DNA of 64,000 bases. Source: an uncultured Methanoregulaceae archaeon (lineage in GTDB: Archaea; Halobacteriota; Methanomicrobia; Methanomicrobiales; Methanospirillaceae). The stretch covers positions 1,088,001-1,152,000 of the forward strand of contig OY970343.1 of assembly GCA_963717525.1 (NCBI GenBank). The letters run 5' to 3'. How positions within the stretch are numbered: position 1 is the stretch's first letter; each line of letters opens with the position of its first letter. A program made the translations under genes and the position numbers. The notes beneath the pieces were generated by a model. That model did no database searches. It was not told the origin of the DNA and saw only the letters and a list, made by a program, of their open reading frames with translations. Of the stretch, positions 21,871 to 32,305 are shown piece after piece.

Positions 21871-23652
21871 TTAATTGCTAGTTTTCAATCCATATTTCTG
21901 GACTAATGATAACCAGGCATAATAATAATTTTGATCAAGTATCCCGCCAGAACCTTGGGATATTAATTCGAGCTGATTGAAGGTTTTTGCGTCATTATAT
22001 TCTTCAGAGATAGAATTGAAAGAAATCCCATCAGAAATGGTGTATACATTGGGTGTTTCCGTCAGTTTCCCAACATTGACATAATTTTCTTGATCATCTG
22101 TGATGATTGTCGGGGATGTACTTTCAACAAAGGCATATCCGGTGTTATCGTATGCATAAGCGGCTGGACTTTTAATTCCAACGGCCATGTGACTTTCTGA
22201 GGGATACTCAAATAATACAACCCCATAGCCCAAACCTCTTAAAAGATAGGCAAGAAGTAACGATTTCTCTTCACACACCCCTTTATTGGCGTATAGTACT
22301 TCATATGGATAACGCGTGTTTCCAGTGTTGCCGCCATTTAATTTAGCATAATCGTATGGGATATTCTGAACCAGACTTATAGCAATCCGCGCCTGATCAT
22401 CTTGGTTTGATGTTTTCGCTTTAATGGAATTTACCAGGTTGTCCAGGTATTTCTCCTGATCCGGTTTATTAACATAATCCAGATAATACTGTTGAAGTTC
22501 ATTGCTTGTGCAAGGACTGGAATCTCCATTATATCGCGTGCACTGATACAATGTTGGCTCTGATGATATTTCGTTATAGACTCCAGAATACAGATTAAGA
22601 TTTATCGTGCCAGATTGCCCCCTTAAGACATAGGGGAAAGTTCTTGAAGTGAGTCCCGTTTCATAATTTTCTGTAGTAGGAATCGGGAGAGGAAAATTAA
22701 TTGAACTAGTCTGTGTTGTCTGAAGGGTTGAATACCCGGATCCGTCTAATGTAGAACTTGGTGAGGCATATTGCGTATTTGAACCGTGATTTGTGGTTGA
22801 TTGTAAAGCACTATTCAAATTATTGGCGAACATCGCAACTCCCCCATAATTAACTAACAAAAGTGAAACAACGATCACACCAATGAACGAGTAAGAGGGG
22901 TTGGGGCAGAAATACTGGTATGTCCGTCTGGTTCTTTTGAGTACATGTCTCTCGATTCCCCGTTTCACTTTATTGCATATGTACAACGGAATCGCGGAAA
23001 TGATTGCAAAGATAACAATTAAAATGAGGGAATATAGGATGAGCGTTAATGGCGTGTAATTTGACATTTTTGATATTGCCAAGGAGTACGCAAGCAAGGG
23101 GATCGCAAGCATAAAAACGGCACAAAGCTTACTCCCCGTTCCCCAGCATTTTAAGGTATAAGTAAAATAAGCGAGGAAGAATAAGAAAACGCCGATTTCA
23201 AAAACCGGTTGGTAGACTCCTTTTTGATAATCGTTCATTAAGTAATAAGCGGAAAAAAATCCAATCAGCATGAGCAAAATAGATAGTATAGTGAAATTTT
23301 TCAATGTTAGACGATCCCGGATTTTTTCGAATAGCGGTTCAAAGGAGATTTTTTTCTTTGGAGGTTTGAAAGGATTGGGATCGGAGGGATTCCCTTTACA
23401 TCCATGATTCTCCGGCAATCCACAAAAATCACAAAAGATCAAACCGCAATGGATGCATATGAATGGGCGTCCGACTATTTCACGTCCGCAATTCCTGCAA
23501 TATCTTTTTTGGGGGGTAGGTTCGTGTCGCTGATGCCCAGAACAGTGATGGTTTTCGAAAGGGATGTGATTTCGACAGAAACTCTGTCCGCATCGGTGGC
23601 ATGTTAACGGGGTTTCATAAAGTATTTTCCCGCAATAGTGACATCGGTGCAT
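21871..23652 (-). CDS. Two AN1-type zinc fingers + TM segment + transglutaminase-like domain
   Basis: CxxC...CxxC...C..H...HHC twice; GVCEEKS, SHMAVG, FVEST. Confidence 0.75.
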   Translation of the reverse strand: MHRCHYCGKILYETPLTCHRCGQSFCRNHIPFENHHCSGHQRHEPTPQKRYCRNCGREIVGRPFICIHCGLIFCDFCGLPENHGCKGNPSDPNPFKPPKKKISFEPLFEKIRDRLTLKNFTILSILLMLIGFFSAYYLMNDYQKGVYQPVFEIGVFLFFLAYFTYTLKCWGTGSKLCAVFMLAIPLLAYSLAISKMSNYTPLTLILYSLILIVIFAIISAIPLYICNKVKRGIERHVLKRTRRTYQYFCPNPSYSFIGVIVVSLLLVNYGGVAMFANNLNSALQSTTNHGSNTQYASPSSTLDGSGYSTLQTTQTSSINFPLPIPTTENYETGLTSRTFPYVLRGQSGTINLNLYSGVYNEISSEPTLYQCTRYNGDSSPCTSNELQQYYLDYVNKPDQEKYLDNLVNSIKAKTSNQDDQARIAISLVQNIPYDYAKLNGGNTGNTRYPYEVLYANKGVCEEKSLLLAYLLRGLGYGVVLFEYPSESHMAVGIKSPAAYAYDNTGYAFVESTSPTIITDDQENYVNVGKLTETPNVYTISDGISFNSISEEYNDAKTFNQLELISQGSGGILDQNYYYAWLSLVQKYGLKTSN

Positions 23653-23827
23653 TATTCTTGAATCGTGAGTTTGTGACGAAATAGATTACTATGGGTAGCA
23701 CAAATCTTACAAAAAAGATCAATAATTTCGTTGATTTACAATATAAAAAAATATTATGGATCATTACTTAATGTTAGAAAAAAACAAGCAAATAATAATA
23801 AATATCGTATTGGGAGGTAGTAACAGC

Positions 23828-24076
23828 ATGGAAGATATACCGATGAACCCAGAATGTGCAAAATGTCCATTGTCCGGAAAACACAATCCGTGTACTAGGA
23901 TATTTCAAAGATGGAACTGGACTCACGATGTAAGGAGACCCGAATTTGTAGCATTGATTGTTGATATGATTCACAATCATCCAGAAGCAGAATGTATAAA
24001 ATTGAATCCAGATATTTGTGAAATTGAAAATAAACGAGACAAAGGAATAAGAATTAAACCCGTGAAGGAAATGTGA
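23828..24076 (+). CDS. Hypothetical protein
   Basis: GGAGG upstream; Cys-containing 82-aa ORF. Confidence 0.4.
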   Translation: MEDIPMNPECAKCPLSGKHNPCTRIFQRWNWTHDVRRPEFVALIVDMIHNHPEAECIKLNPDICEIENKRDKGIRIKPVKEM

Positions 24077-24235
24077 GATACATATCCAAAAGACCGATAC
24101 GTAGGAAGTTGTGTAAGATCATGCTGCCGGATTCGGATTTGCCCGAACTGCGGATAGATACAACGTGGTTGAATATAGTAACTAATCTGTGATTGAATAA
24201 CTGTCGTAAAAATAATTTTCCTTGATCACCTCCAC

Positions 24236-24898
24236 TCAATTAATTTTTGTCATGTTCAACATAGTTGGTTGAGTCAAGCGAACTTCGTTATTATCGTAGA
24301 TGACCGTGTAAATATGATTTTCTCGATTTACTTGATAGGTAATTCCATCATTTCCCGATTCCAGTCTTTTCCAAATTCCGTTTCTCATATAAACACCATT
24401 ACTGATTTTCCAAGCACTCCGTAGACTATCATTACTACAAGTGATGTTATTTTGGAAAAATAAAAGGACGCCATCATCTCTAAAAGTCCATTTTATATCT
24501 GGTGAAATATCGAGAGGGACCACTTTATAATCATATTCTGAACTTCCTATTGATGAGAAATAATCCAACCTTTCCACATCATTTGAATTGAATTGACTTA
24601 AGTCAAAAACATAAGTCCCAATTATTGAATCATTTTGCAGTGTTTCATTTCCTATTGGGGGAACTGTTGGTGAAGGGGGGAGGGGTGTACATCCAGTTTC
24701 AGTTAAAACGCATCCTCCCTGTGTAGTCGGTTGAACGGCAGTTGGCGTTATTTGTGTCGGAGTCATAACCCCGGGAGATTGAGTTGGAACAATTGTGGCT
24801 TGCGCGGTCGTGCTTGCTGATCCCGAGCTTGTGCATCCACTCATGCAAATAACACCTACGAGGAGGAAGATTAAAACTATAGTATACTTCAATTTCAT
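24236..24898 (-). CDS. Putative lipoprotein
   Basis: Signal peptide with SGC lipobox, Thr/Pro linker. Confidence 0.65.
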   Translation of the reverse strand: MKLKYTIVLIFLLVGVICMSGCTSSGSASTTAQATIVPTQSPGVMTPTQITPTAVQPTTQGGCVLTETGCTPLPPSPTVPPIGNETLQNDSIIGTYVFDLSQFNSNDVERLDYFSSIGSSEYDYKVVPLDISPDIKWTFRDDGVLLFFQNNITCSNDSLRSAWKISNGVYMRNGIWKRLESGNDGITYQVNRENHIYTVIYDNNEVRLTQPTMLNMTKIN

Positions 24899-25047
24899 GT
24901 CTCCGCAATTAATTCTTGAAACGATAATTATTGTCTATTGTATCTGACCACAGTTTGGCTCAAGCCAAGAAACAAACAGAAATGCATGACTGACATAATA
25001 ACTTTATTTAAATAAACTTATCATGCATCAAATACTAGTATCCATTC

Positions 25048-25869
25048 GTGACAAATCAAAAAAACAGTAATATCAAATGGTCAATCTTGATCTTTTCAAG
25101 TGTTTTTTCGATTATTCTTACATTATTAATACCAAATCCCACAAGTATTGAGGTAAAAATAGCATCACTCTTTCTCTTTTTTGGTCTATGCCTACTTATT
25201 CTATTTGCAATTTGTTGGATTATCACTAAAGTGTATCCTCGAAGCATTTTTTGGGGAATTATTCCCTGGATTTTCGTGATTACAATTATCACTTTGTTCG
25301 GATTATTTGTGATCGGGACACTCACGAACCTATCCGGATCAATATTGGCACCAGAAAATTCAAACGATTCGTTCGTATCAAATCAAAATATCACATTCTC
25401 AAAATACGGTTTTTCTTTTGAGTATCCTAGTGATTTTGTACCTGTTGAAAAGGGATTTGCCGGTGATTCAAACGCAAACGAAAATAACGGCCAAATTCAA
25501 TTAACTGGCACAGAAGATAATATTACCCTCTCTTGGGATAAAACGAATCAGCGCGCCCCAGATATCAACACACTCTATTTGACGTTGTATGGAGCGTATA
25601 ATCAAAATTCGGATTTTAAAAATTTTCAAGTGTATAATCTCCAAACTTACACTTTAAAAATTTGCGGCGACCCCACTTTTATCGGGAGAACTAAATACAA
25701 CTATGGTGACAAGAATATCCCCACAAATGAGGGTGTGTTAATATGGAATCATCCCTCTCAAGATAGAATATATATGATCGATATTGCTTCTCCTGACGAT
25801 TATTATCCATCTATATACGATAATCTTGGAAGATATGCAGACTCTTTCAATTGTTCCGATTCGCAATGA
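25048..25869 (+). CDS. Membrane protein with extracellular PsbP-like domain
   Basis: 3 TM helices then FSKYGFSFEYP motif. Confidence 0.55.
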   Translation: MTNQKNSNIKWSILIFSSVFSIILTLLIPNPTSIEVKIASLFLFFGLCLLILFAICWIITKVYPRSIFWGIIPWIFVITIITLFGLFVIGTLTNLSGSILAPENSNDSFVSNQNITFSKYGFSFEYPSDFVPVEKGFAGDSNANENNGQIQLTGTEDNITLSWDKTNQRAPDINTLYLTLYGAYNQNSDFKNFQVYNLQTYTLKICGDPTFIGRTKYNYGDKNIPTNEGVLIWNHPSQDRIYMIDIASPDDYYPSIYDNLGRYADSFNCSDSQ

Positions 25870-25903
25870 CCTTATTGGGAGAGTTGCAATTTACTATTTT
25901 TCT

Positions 25904-25946
25904 GAATCTGTCAACAGTCCGGGTGCATCCATTATCTGACAGATTC
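25904..25946. repeat. Short palindrome P5 (subfamily D)
   Basis: Perfect 10-bp IR gaatctgtca/tgacagattc, starts 35 bp after a stop codon. Confidence 0.6.
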
Positions 25947-26100
25947 CATAATCCCCGGATAACAATATCGAAAACAATATCGTATCACGATATAATTAGG
26001 CAGATATGCAGAGATGCGTAATCCGAGAGGATAAGCCGGTCGGAGAAATGCGAGGACGAGGAAATACCGGATTCAGTCAATTCATACGGAGGTTCATAAA

Positions 26101-26619
26101 ATGGCCGGAATGAAATTCTATCTGAAAGTATTTTTTGCGTGTTTCGTGATTTCAATTTTACTTTCCGAGGTTGTCATTAACCTTTTCTACACTGATCTGG
26201 CTCAATCGACTATTATTTTCTTGGATTTCCTAATGGCGATTATTTTAACTGGGTTGACGTATATTGCCGTTGACATTAATGAGAGAAGAAAAAATCCTTT
26301 GGGTTTTATTTTTCCGATGGAGTCTCTAAATGGATGCGGCACAACTCTCTACGTAGACACGGTTTATCTGACCCTAATATTTATTCCAATATTACCGCTT
26401 GGACGTTATTTGGTAGAGAAAACAGGTGAGACCAATAAAATTTTATCATGGGAAAAACAGTACAGGTTTCATCAAAAATTAAAATTACATTATTGGCAGA
26501 AAATATGGATTTATGCCGTTGTTACTATCGTTGGATATTTCATTATTGGTTATTGGTGTTTAATCCTCGTTCCGATATGTTTCATTTATCTTAAACTCAC
26601 TCATCAACCTATTTTTTAA
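26101..26619 (+). CDS. Hypothetical membrane protein
   Basis: Hydrophobic 172-aa ORF with GGAGG RBS. Confidence 0.6.
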   Translation: MAGMKFYLKVFFACFVISILLSEVVINLFYTDLAQSTIIFLDFLMAIILTGLTYIAVDINERRKNPLGFIFPMESLNGCGTTLYVDTVYLTLIFIPILPLGRYLVEKTGETNKILSWEKQYRFHQKLKLHYWQKIWIYAVVTIVGYFIIGYWCLILVPICFIYLKLTHQPIF

Positions 26620-26752
26620 TCGGAAACAAGAATCTAGGAGATGGTAGCCATCAGGCAAACTAATCCCGCATCATCAAGTACTATTCTTTTTTATAATGAT
26701 AAATATCATAAAAAATTAGTCATGGCTATTAAGACCTAAAGGGATTTTGAAC

Positions 26753-27253
26753 ATGAGAACCGGATATTACAATTTTAAAAACATCTTTTGGAAAGCAAAG
26801 AGAAATATTTTCTTTTTAACTGCAATTTGGGTAATATTTGTATTATTCGCTCTTCCCGTCCTTGAAACATCGTTTGCAACTATTATCGAACCTCTTGGAT
26901 TTATTTTCATTTTAATATCTCTAATACTCGGGTTTTATCTCGCATACAGGTTTGTGATGTGGATTGATAGAAAGTTACCCAACACCGAATTTGGGTTGTG
27001 GTCAAGACGTGGTATCGCGTCAATATTGATTCTAGGTGGTCTAGGATTTGCATTCCTATGGATGTTTTCTTTTTCAATGACGATGGCACTCTCCCCAATC
27101 GGCACAACCTCTAAAATATTCATTTCAATTTCTTCATTGAGCGCACTAATCGTTTGTTTCTGTATTGGTCTGGCAGTATTTGCAGGATATATGGAATTTA
27201 CGTTTGAACGAAGGGCCGGAATTATTGTATTTCAAGGAAGGCAGAGATTTTGA
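26753..27253 (+). CDS. Hypothetical membrane protein (4 TM)
   Basis: Hydrophobic ORF. Confidence 0.55.
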   Translation: MRTGYYNFKNIFWKAKRNIFFLTAIWVIFVLFALPVLETSFATIIEPLGFIFILISLILGFYLAYRFVMWIDRKLPNTEFGLWSRRGIASILILGGLGFAFLWMFSFSMTMALSPIGTTSKIFISISSLSALIVCFCIGLAVFAGYMEFTFERRAGIIVFQGRQRF

Positions 27254-27257
27254 TAAA

Positions 27258-27800
27258 ATGACTGAAAACTTAATGACACGTGGATCTATTATTGCTCTTA
27301 TTTTGCTTACGATGATTGCCTTAATAACCGCCGGATGCACAACAACTCAAAGTTCTTCAACTAGCACAGCTTCCGCATCTGAAACTTTTTCTTCATCAGA
27401 CCCAAGTGCACCAGCATCATATGCCGAAAAATATTGTCTAGATGTCGTTAGTACGAATGTTGGCAAAATACAATACTCCCCCAGTGGGAAGGCATACTAC
27501 CCGATAATTTCCATATCTGCCGCGATTAAAAGTAATTGCAACTACCCTGTACAGGGAACTGTACAACTATGGGCCTACGACGAAAATAATAATCTCATAA
27601 AAAGTGCATGGCCAAGTGGGGTTCAGGATGCCCAGGCAATTTACATAAAACCCGGTGAAACAAAAAGTTTTTCCAGTTCCTTTGATATTAGGAGTATTCC
27701 AGATAATCCTAGAGATTCCAATCCTAATCCAACTGCCACTTTCAAAGTTACTGCATTTGTTACAAGAATAGTTAGTGCACGTGAAGCAGCAGGATGGTAA
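27258..27800 (+). CDS. Putative lipoprotein
   Basis: TAGC lipobox, Ser/Thr linker. Confidence 0.6.
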   Translation: MTENLMTRGSIIALILLTMIALITAGCTTTQSSSTSTASASETFSSSDPSAPASYAEKYCLDVVSTNVGKIQYSPSGKAYYPIISISAAIKSNCNYPVQGTVQLWAYDENNNLIKSAWPSGVQDAQAIYIKPGETKSFSSSFDIRSIPDNPRDSNPNPTATFKVTAFVTRIVSAREAAGW

Positions 27801-27855
27801 AAATCTCCTGAAACTATCTTTAGATAAACATTTACACTCCGAAGGATCGTTGATA

Positions 27856-28379
27856 CGGGGGATCAATTCTTCACAAACTACCCACAATCGGGGTAGGCCC
27901 ACCTCGCCAAAATATCAAATAAAAGGATATATCCTCAATCAAATAAAAAGGGGAATTTATGGTATCTATATTCGATATAATTTTAATTAAATTTTTGGAG
28001 GGTGCAACCAATCCATTAATGATAATGGGAGCAATCATTCAACTTTTGGAGGTAGTGGTGGTTCTAGGTGTGATCTTTTCAGTAATATTCAAAAAATATT
28101 CATTTTTAGGTTACCCATTAAAAGATTGGCCCGGGTGGGGAATCCTTGCAGCAGTTGTTTTTGTATTAATAGAAATCTTAATGATAATACGAGGTAACGA
28201 ACCACTATCTTTTGTAGGATCTATCGCAGTAGCAATGATACTACTAGTATTGGCAAATAAAATTTTTAAACTTTTGAAGAGACAGAAAAACTCGGCTTAA
28301 ATTTTTATCTTAACTGAGTGAATTAATCGCATGCGGGGGATCGCTTCTTCAATCCCGCTGCACCTGCCCACAATCGGGG
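27856..28379. repeat. Pair of imperfect direct repeats (27856-27893 and 28334-28379) flanking one ORF
   Basis: cgggggatc..ttcttca...cccacaatcgggg in both copies. Confidence 0.6.
27959..28300 (+). CDS. Hypothetical membrane protein
   Basis: 113-aa hydrophobic ORF. Confidence 0.55.
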   Translation: MVSIFDIILIKFLEGATNPLMIMGAIIQLLEVVVVLGVIFSVIFKKYSFLGYPLKDWPGWGILAAVVFVLIEILMIIRGNEPLSFVGSIAVAMILLVLANKIFKLLKRQKNSA

Positions 28380-28654
28380 CACATCCAGGCACAACCCACG
28401 AACTTCTTTTTCTTTTCTCCGGTTGAGGGGTTCTGAATTTCCTCTCGCTTGTACAGTCTTTGCATTTTGACTGTGCGATCTGTGTGCGTACAAATCTTGT
28501 GTTTTATGTCAGGCATAAAGATGTATACATCTTTTAAGTATAAAAACCTTTTTACGGGCCCGGATTTTGCCTTTTTTTGTGTTCATGGAGTCTTTTTATC
28601 AAAAAAGGAAATTGATATCCGGTTTGCGCGCGTTCTTTTAGAAATTCTCCATTA

Positions 28655-28863
28655 ATGGAGTGTTTCTTTAAAAAATCGATACCGTTCATGCCCGGCATCT
28701 GGAAATCGGAGATGATCGCGTCATACCCTCGTTCCCTGAGCATACCGATCGCCTTTTTGGCAGAGGCCTCGGTGTCTACACTGAACTCACCGCTGTGCTC
28801 CAGGTAGATCTTGGCCAAGTCTAAAAGAGCAGGTTCATCATCAACGTAAAGAACAGATATCAG
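28655..28863 (-). pseudogene. Truncated response-regulator receiver domain
   Basis: ISVLYVDDEP...DAIISDFQMPGMNGIDFLK, then similarity is lost; CTG in place of a start codon. Confidence 0.7.
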
Positions 28864-29095
28864 AAAAAGTCACTCCGGATAAAATGAGAAATGGACACCC
28901 CTCAGTAAGAATTCCTTTAGGATGATATCCGTAATAGGTTTATGCCTGCTGGTCCGTTAGAAATACCGCCGTCAAGCAAGAGGGATAGGGCGTTTACCGT
29001 CTCGTTGTCTGGTAGAATCTCTACATGGGTTGATGAAAAAGGCTGAATCTGCGTCTAAATAAAACCTTACCATTTGCTAGAATATCACCCTATGA

Positions 29096-29188
29096 GGTTC
29101 TGCTGCATTAACGGGACGTAAAGAAAAGGGCTTTGTCGTAATCGGTATCAGTACAGTAACTAAAAAGTCACGATAGCGCACCAGAATG
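29096..29188. repeat. Palindrome P6 (subfamily A, 93 bp)
   Basis: ggttctgctgcattaacgggac / gtcacgatagcgcaccagaatg. Confidence 0.8.
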
Positions 29189-29251
29189 CGTATATATCAT
29201 TTTTAATATAAATAAAAACAACCATTGAAAAAAATATTGAGATGACATTGC

Positions 29252-29626
29252 GTGAGAACAGAGACTGTAATGTATTTCACAGAGAAAGAGGAAGAATTTG
29301 CCAATCTTCTCATCGAGACAGGAACAAAGAAGAACGTGGCGAAGGTGCTGGTATTTTTAGCAAACATTCCTGAAGCGACATCCCGTGCGATCGAGCGTGG
29401 GACAGATCTGCGCCAGCCCGAAGTAAGTATCGCCATGCACTACCTGACGGATCAGGGCTGGATCACGAGTAGGGAGAGTACAGCCGAGAGCAAAGGACGC
29501 CCGGTCAAGATCTATGAGTTGGCAAAGCCTATCACGGATATTATGGACAGTATCGAGAAAGAGAATAAAGAAAAAGCCGCTAATCAGCTCAGACTCATCA
29601 AGAAATTAAAAGATTATCTTCACTAA
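29252..29626 (+). CDS. Winged-helix transcriptional regulator (COG4738-like)
   Basis: TSRAIERGTDLRQPEVSIAM, KGRPVKIY. Confidence 0.8.
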   Translation: MRTETVMYFTEKEEEFANLLIETGTKKNVAKVLVFLANIPEATSRAIERGTDLRQPEVSIAMHYLTDQGWITSRESTAESKGRPVKIYELAKPITDIMDSIEKENKEKAANQLRLIKKLKDYLH

Positions 29627-29953
29627 TCCTCTCCCAAAAGATCTCGGTTTTGGTTATTTTTTCCTGACCCTTATTTTTTCGCTTAATTGCTATTAAAGGA
29701 ACGAGGTAAAATACAAAATTCAAGGGTTTTCGGTTCCGGAAAATCGTAGTGAGAAAACCGGGGAGGAATCGATAGAATATTGCCCTAATGAAGAACTACC
29801 TGAAAAATGCTTTCTCAACTACCGCAAGGAGATCATGTTCCAGATACGGTTTGTTAAGAAAGTCAGAGGCTGAAATACTCTTTGCCTCATCAATTTTTTC
29901 TTTATTTAGATATGCGGTGAGGAATATGATGAGACCATCGTAACAATGGCGGA

Positions 29954-30559
29954 TTAGTCGGGCTGCCTCGATTCCATTAACGACGCCCCAAGGGCAAATC
30001 CCTTTGCATAGGCATTATTGAGGAGATCCGGCCGCGTCGTTATGTCTTTGATCTGATCCATACCGCTGATGAGGAGTTCGTCATGGTATGGGCTGTCAAT
30101 AATGTCAAAAAATGCCTTTGTCGTCTGTTTTGCTCCATTGAACACCCCGGGGATATCCATCCCGGAAATGCTGATGAAGAGGCTCTTTCTTCTCTTTTTC
30201 AGATCCGGAGAGACAAGCGGTTCGTTCCGGAAGTATTTGGCCATATAAAAGACCTGGAACCGGTCGATGAACGATTTGAGATGCCCCGGGATACCCATTG
30301 TCATGATAGGTGTGGCGAGGATCAGGCTGTCCAGTGCCGCAACCTTCGGATAGATCGGGATCATATCATCATTTAAGATGCAGGTGTTATGATCCTTGCA
30401 ATAATAAATCTCCTGACAGCTCTGGATATCTAGAGTAATTACATCGATAAGCTCGACTTCACAACCAGCTGCCTTTGCTCCCTCAAGGGCCTTATCGAGC
30501 AACAGAGCTGTATTGCCGTCAGGAAGCGGGCTCCCTAGAATCCCGATTATCTTTAGCAT
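29954..30559 (-). CDS. Flavodoxin family / iron-sulfur flavoprotein-like protein
   Basis: GSP...GNT, C..IYYC.....C...DDM, ATPI, LKSFIDR. Confidence 0.85.
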   Translation of the reverse strand: MLKIIGILGSPLPDGNTALLLDKALEGAKAAGCEVELIDVITLDIQSCQEIYYCKDHNTCILNDDMIPIYPKVAALDSLILATPIMTMGIPGHLKSFIDRFQVFYMAKYFRNEPLVSPDLKKRRKSLFISISGMDIPGVFNGAKQTTKAFFDIIDSPYHDELLISGMDQIKDITTRPDLLNNAYAKGFALGASLMESRQPD

Positions 30560-30619
30560 ACGGAAGTTTAAGAGGAGAAACGGGAATTATAGGTTTGTAT
30601 AGGTACGATACCACATATT

Positions 30620-30717
30620 GGCCAGCCATTCCACGATTGGGGGAAATCAGGGTTCCGGGTCTGCAATCGGTTTTTCACCTCGGCATAATATCGATCAACC
30701 GCCAACGCAACAGAACC
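30620..30717. repeat. Palindrome P7 (subfamily B, left arm degenerate)
   Basis: Right arm tcaaccgccaacgcaacagaacc; loop ttttcacctcg. Confidence 0.65.
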
Positions 30718-30762
30718 TCTCTTACAGATAACTTTTTGAAGAAGATCTCTATTATTTTATTT

Positions 30763-31626
30763 ATGGTTGAACCAATAATATTGAAAAGGCTAGTATTTAT
30801 CAAATATCTTTATACAGTTGCCATTCAACAATCTCAACAGCCAGAACCGCTTTCTTCAGCATCAATATTGACTTTTCATGACAGTATTGAATTATTTTTA
30901 GAATTAGCATCAGAAGTTAATGGAGTTAGTAAGACCAACATTCACTTTCTTGAATATTGGGAATTATTAAAATCTAAATTGCCGAATGAAGGGCTCACGC
31001 AAAAAATGTCGATGAGAAGACTGAATAATGCGAGAGTTTCATTAAAACATCATGGAACATTACCCTCAAAATTAAATATTGAAGGATTTAGAGTAAATTC
31101 AACAAATTTTTTTCAGGAAAATACCCCAATAGTATTTGGAATTAATTTTGATAAATTATCATTCTCGGAATTAATTAAAGATAAAAAATTACAAAAGCTG
31201 GCGATACGTGCTGAAAATGCATGTGAAAAGGGAAATTTTACACTTTGTTTGAAATTGTGCGATAAAATCATAGCTGAAGCAGTTTTTAACGTAGGTGATA
31301 TTTTTACTAAAGCCGGAATGTTGACTATTTATTTGGGAGGTTCTAAAGAATTTAAAGCGGTTATTGGGAGGGAATATCCGAACAAATATAAAGGAGAAAA
31401 GTTTCACAAACCTTTAAAAGAGATAAGCCGAGCAATTCTTCAATTGGGAATGTCTTCAACGGGAATGCAATTTTTAGGCGAATATAGAATGGATTTTTTG
31501 AAATTTAGACAAAAATTTGAAAAATTAGATAAATTGAGCGATATAGAGATTGAAGAAGCAGCCAAAATGTCTTTAAATTTTGTTACTAATCTCATTTTAA
31601 AATGGCAAGGAGATGGAATCTTATAA
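30763..31626 (+). CDS. Hypothetical protein with HEPN-like RxxxxH motif
   Basis: FHDSIELFL...LNNARVSLKHHG; AT-rich. Confidence 0.55.
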   Translation: MVEPIILKRLVFIKYLYTVAIQQSQQPEPLSSASILTFHDSIELFLELASEVNGVSKTNIHFLEYWELLKSKLPNEGLTQKMSMRRLNNARVSLKHHGTLPSKLNIEGFRVNSTNFFQENTPIVFGINFDKLSFSELIKDKKLQKLAIRAENACEKGNFTLCLKLCDKIIAEAVFNVGDIFTKAGMLTIYLGGSKEFKAVIGREYPNKYKGEKFHKPLKEISRAILQLGMSSTGMQFLGEYRMDFLKFRQKFEKLDKLSDIEIEEAAKMSLNFVTNLILKWQGDGIL

Positions 31627-31857
31627 AAGTTTAAAAAAAAGATTGGTGATCTCTCGTTTGCTATAGGACTAATATGGCTCCGAGGAATCCGATAATCATC
31701 GTTCTTGATAAGGCGGGTGACGGAAACTCCGTAACTGAATTACTTCCTACCTGAATTACTACGATTTTTGTTTTATTTGCATCAAAGGGTAAGGGGACAC
31801 CGTATCTTAGCTCTTTCGGTACGCAATTATTTATCCAGAGAGATCTATGTTGACTTT

Positions 31858-32043
31858 ATGGAGTCAGTATTCGTTCCACCAACAGACCAAACGACACGAG
31901 AAACGATCATTACCAATACTAAACCCAATTCTTTAACGAGAAAAATAAGATTGGCATTATTTGAGTTGGGAGTTGGTAGAGGTGTTAAGGGGTTCCCATA
32001 TGTATTATGGTTATCGAATAAACTAAAGAGAGACAAAGAATAA
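31858..32043 (+). CDS. Small hypothetical protein
   Basis: 61-aa ORF; weak support. Confidence 0.3.
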   Translation: MESVFVPPTDQTTRETIITNTKPNSLTRKIRLALFELGVGRGVKGFPYVLWLSNKLKRDKE

Positions 32044-32305
32044 TACGGTTTTCTGTTCTATTTTCCTTTTTTTTACATAAAAGGTAGGGATACACCGTAC
32101 CTTAACTTTTTGAGGTCAGTTGTTTACTTCGGAGAAGGAAGGTCTTCTACAAAGCCAATTATTTATTGATTCATGACAAGTGTTTTTGGTCAATTCTGGT
32201 TGTATCCATATCGGTACTGTTAGAAGATCCGGTGCGGACATAAAAGTCAGAATCCATATCCTTTGAACCCCCACAACTAACCGGATATTCCGGAACGAGT
32301 GCACG

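Noticed and set aside
32050..32305. TPP or cobalamin riboswitch upstream of the ThiC-family gene
   Set aside because: Conserved aptamer motifs not seen.
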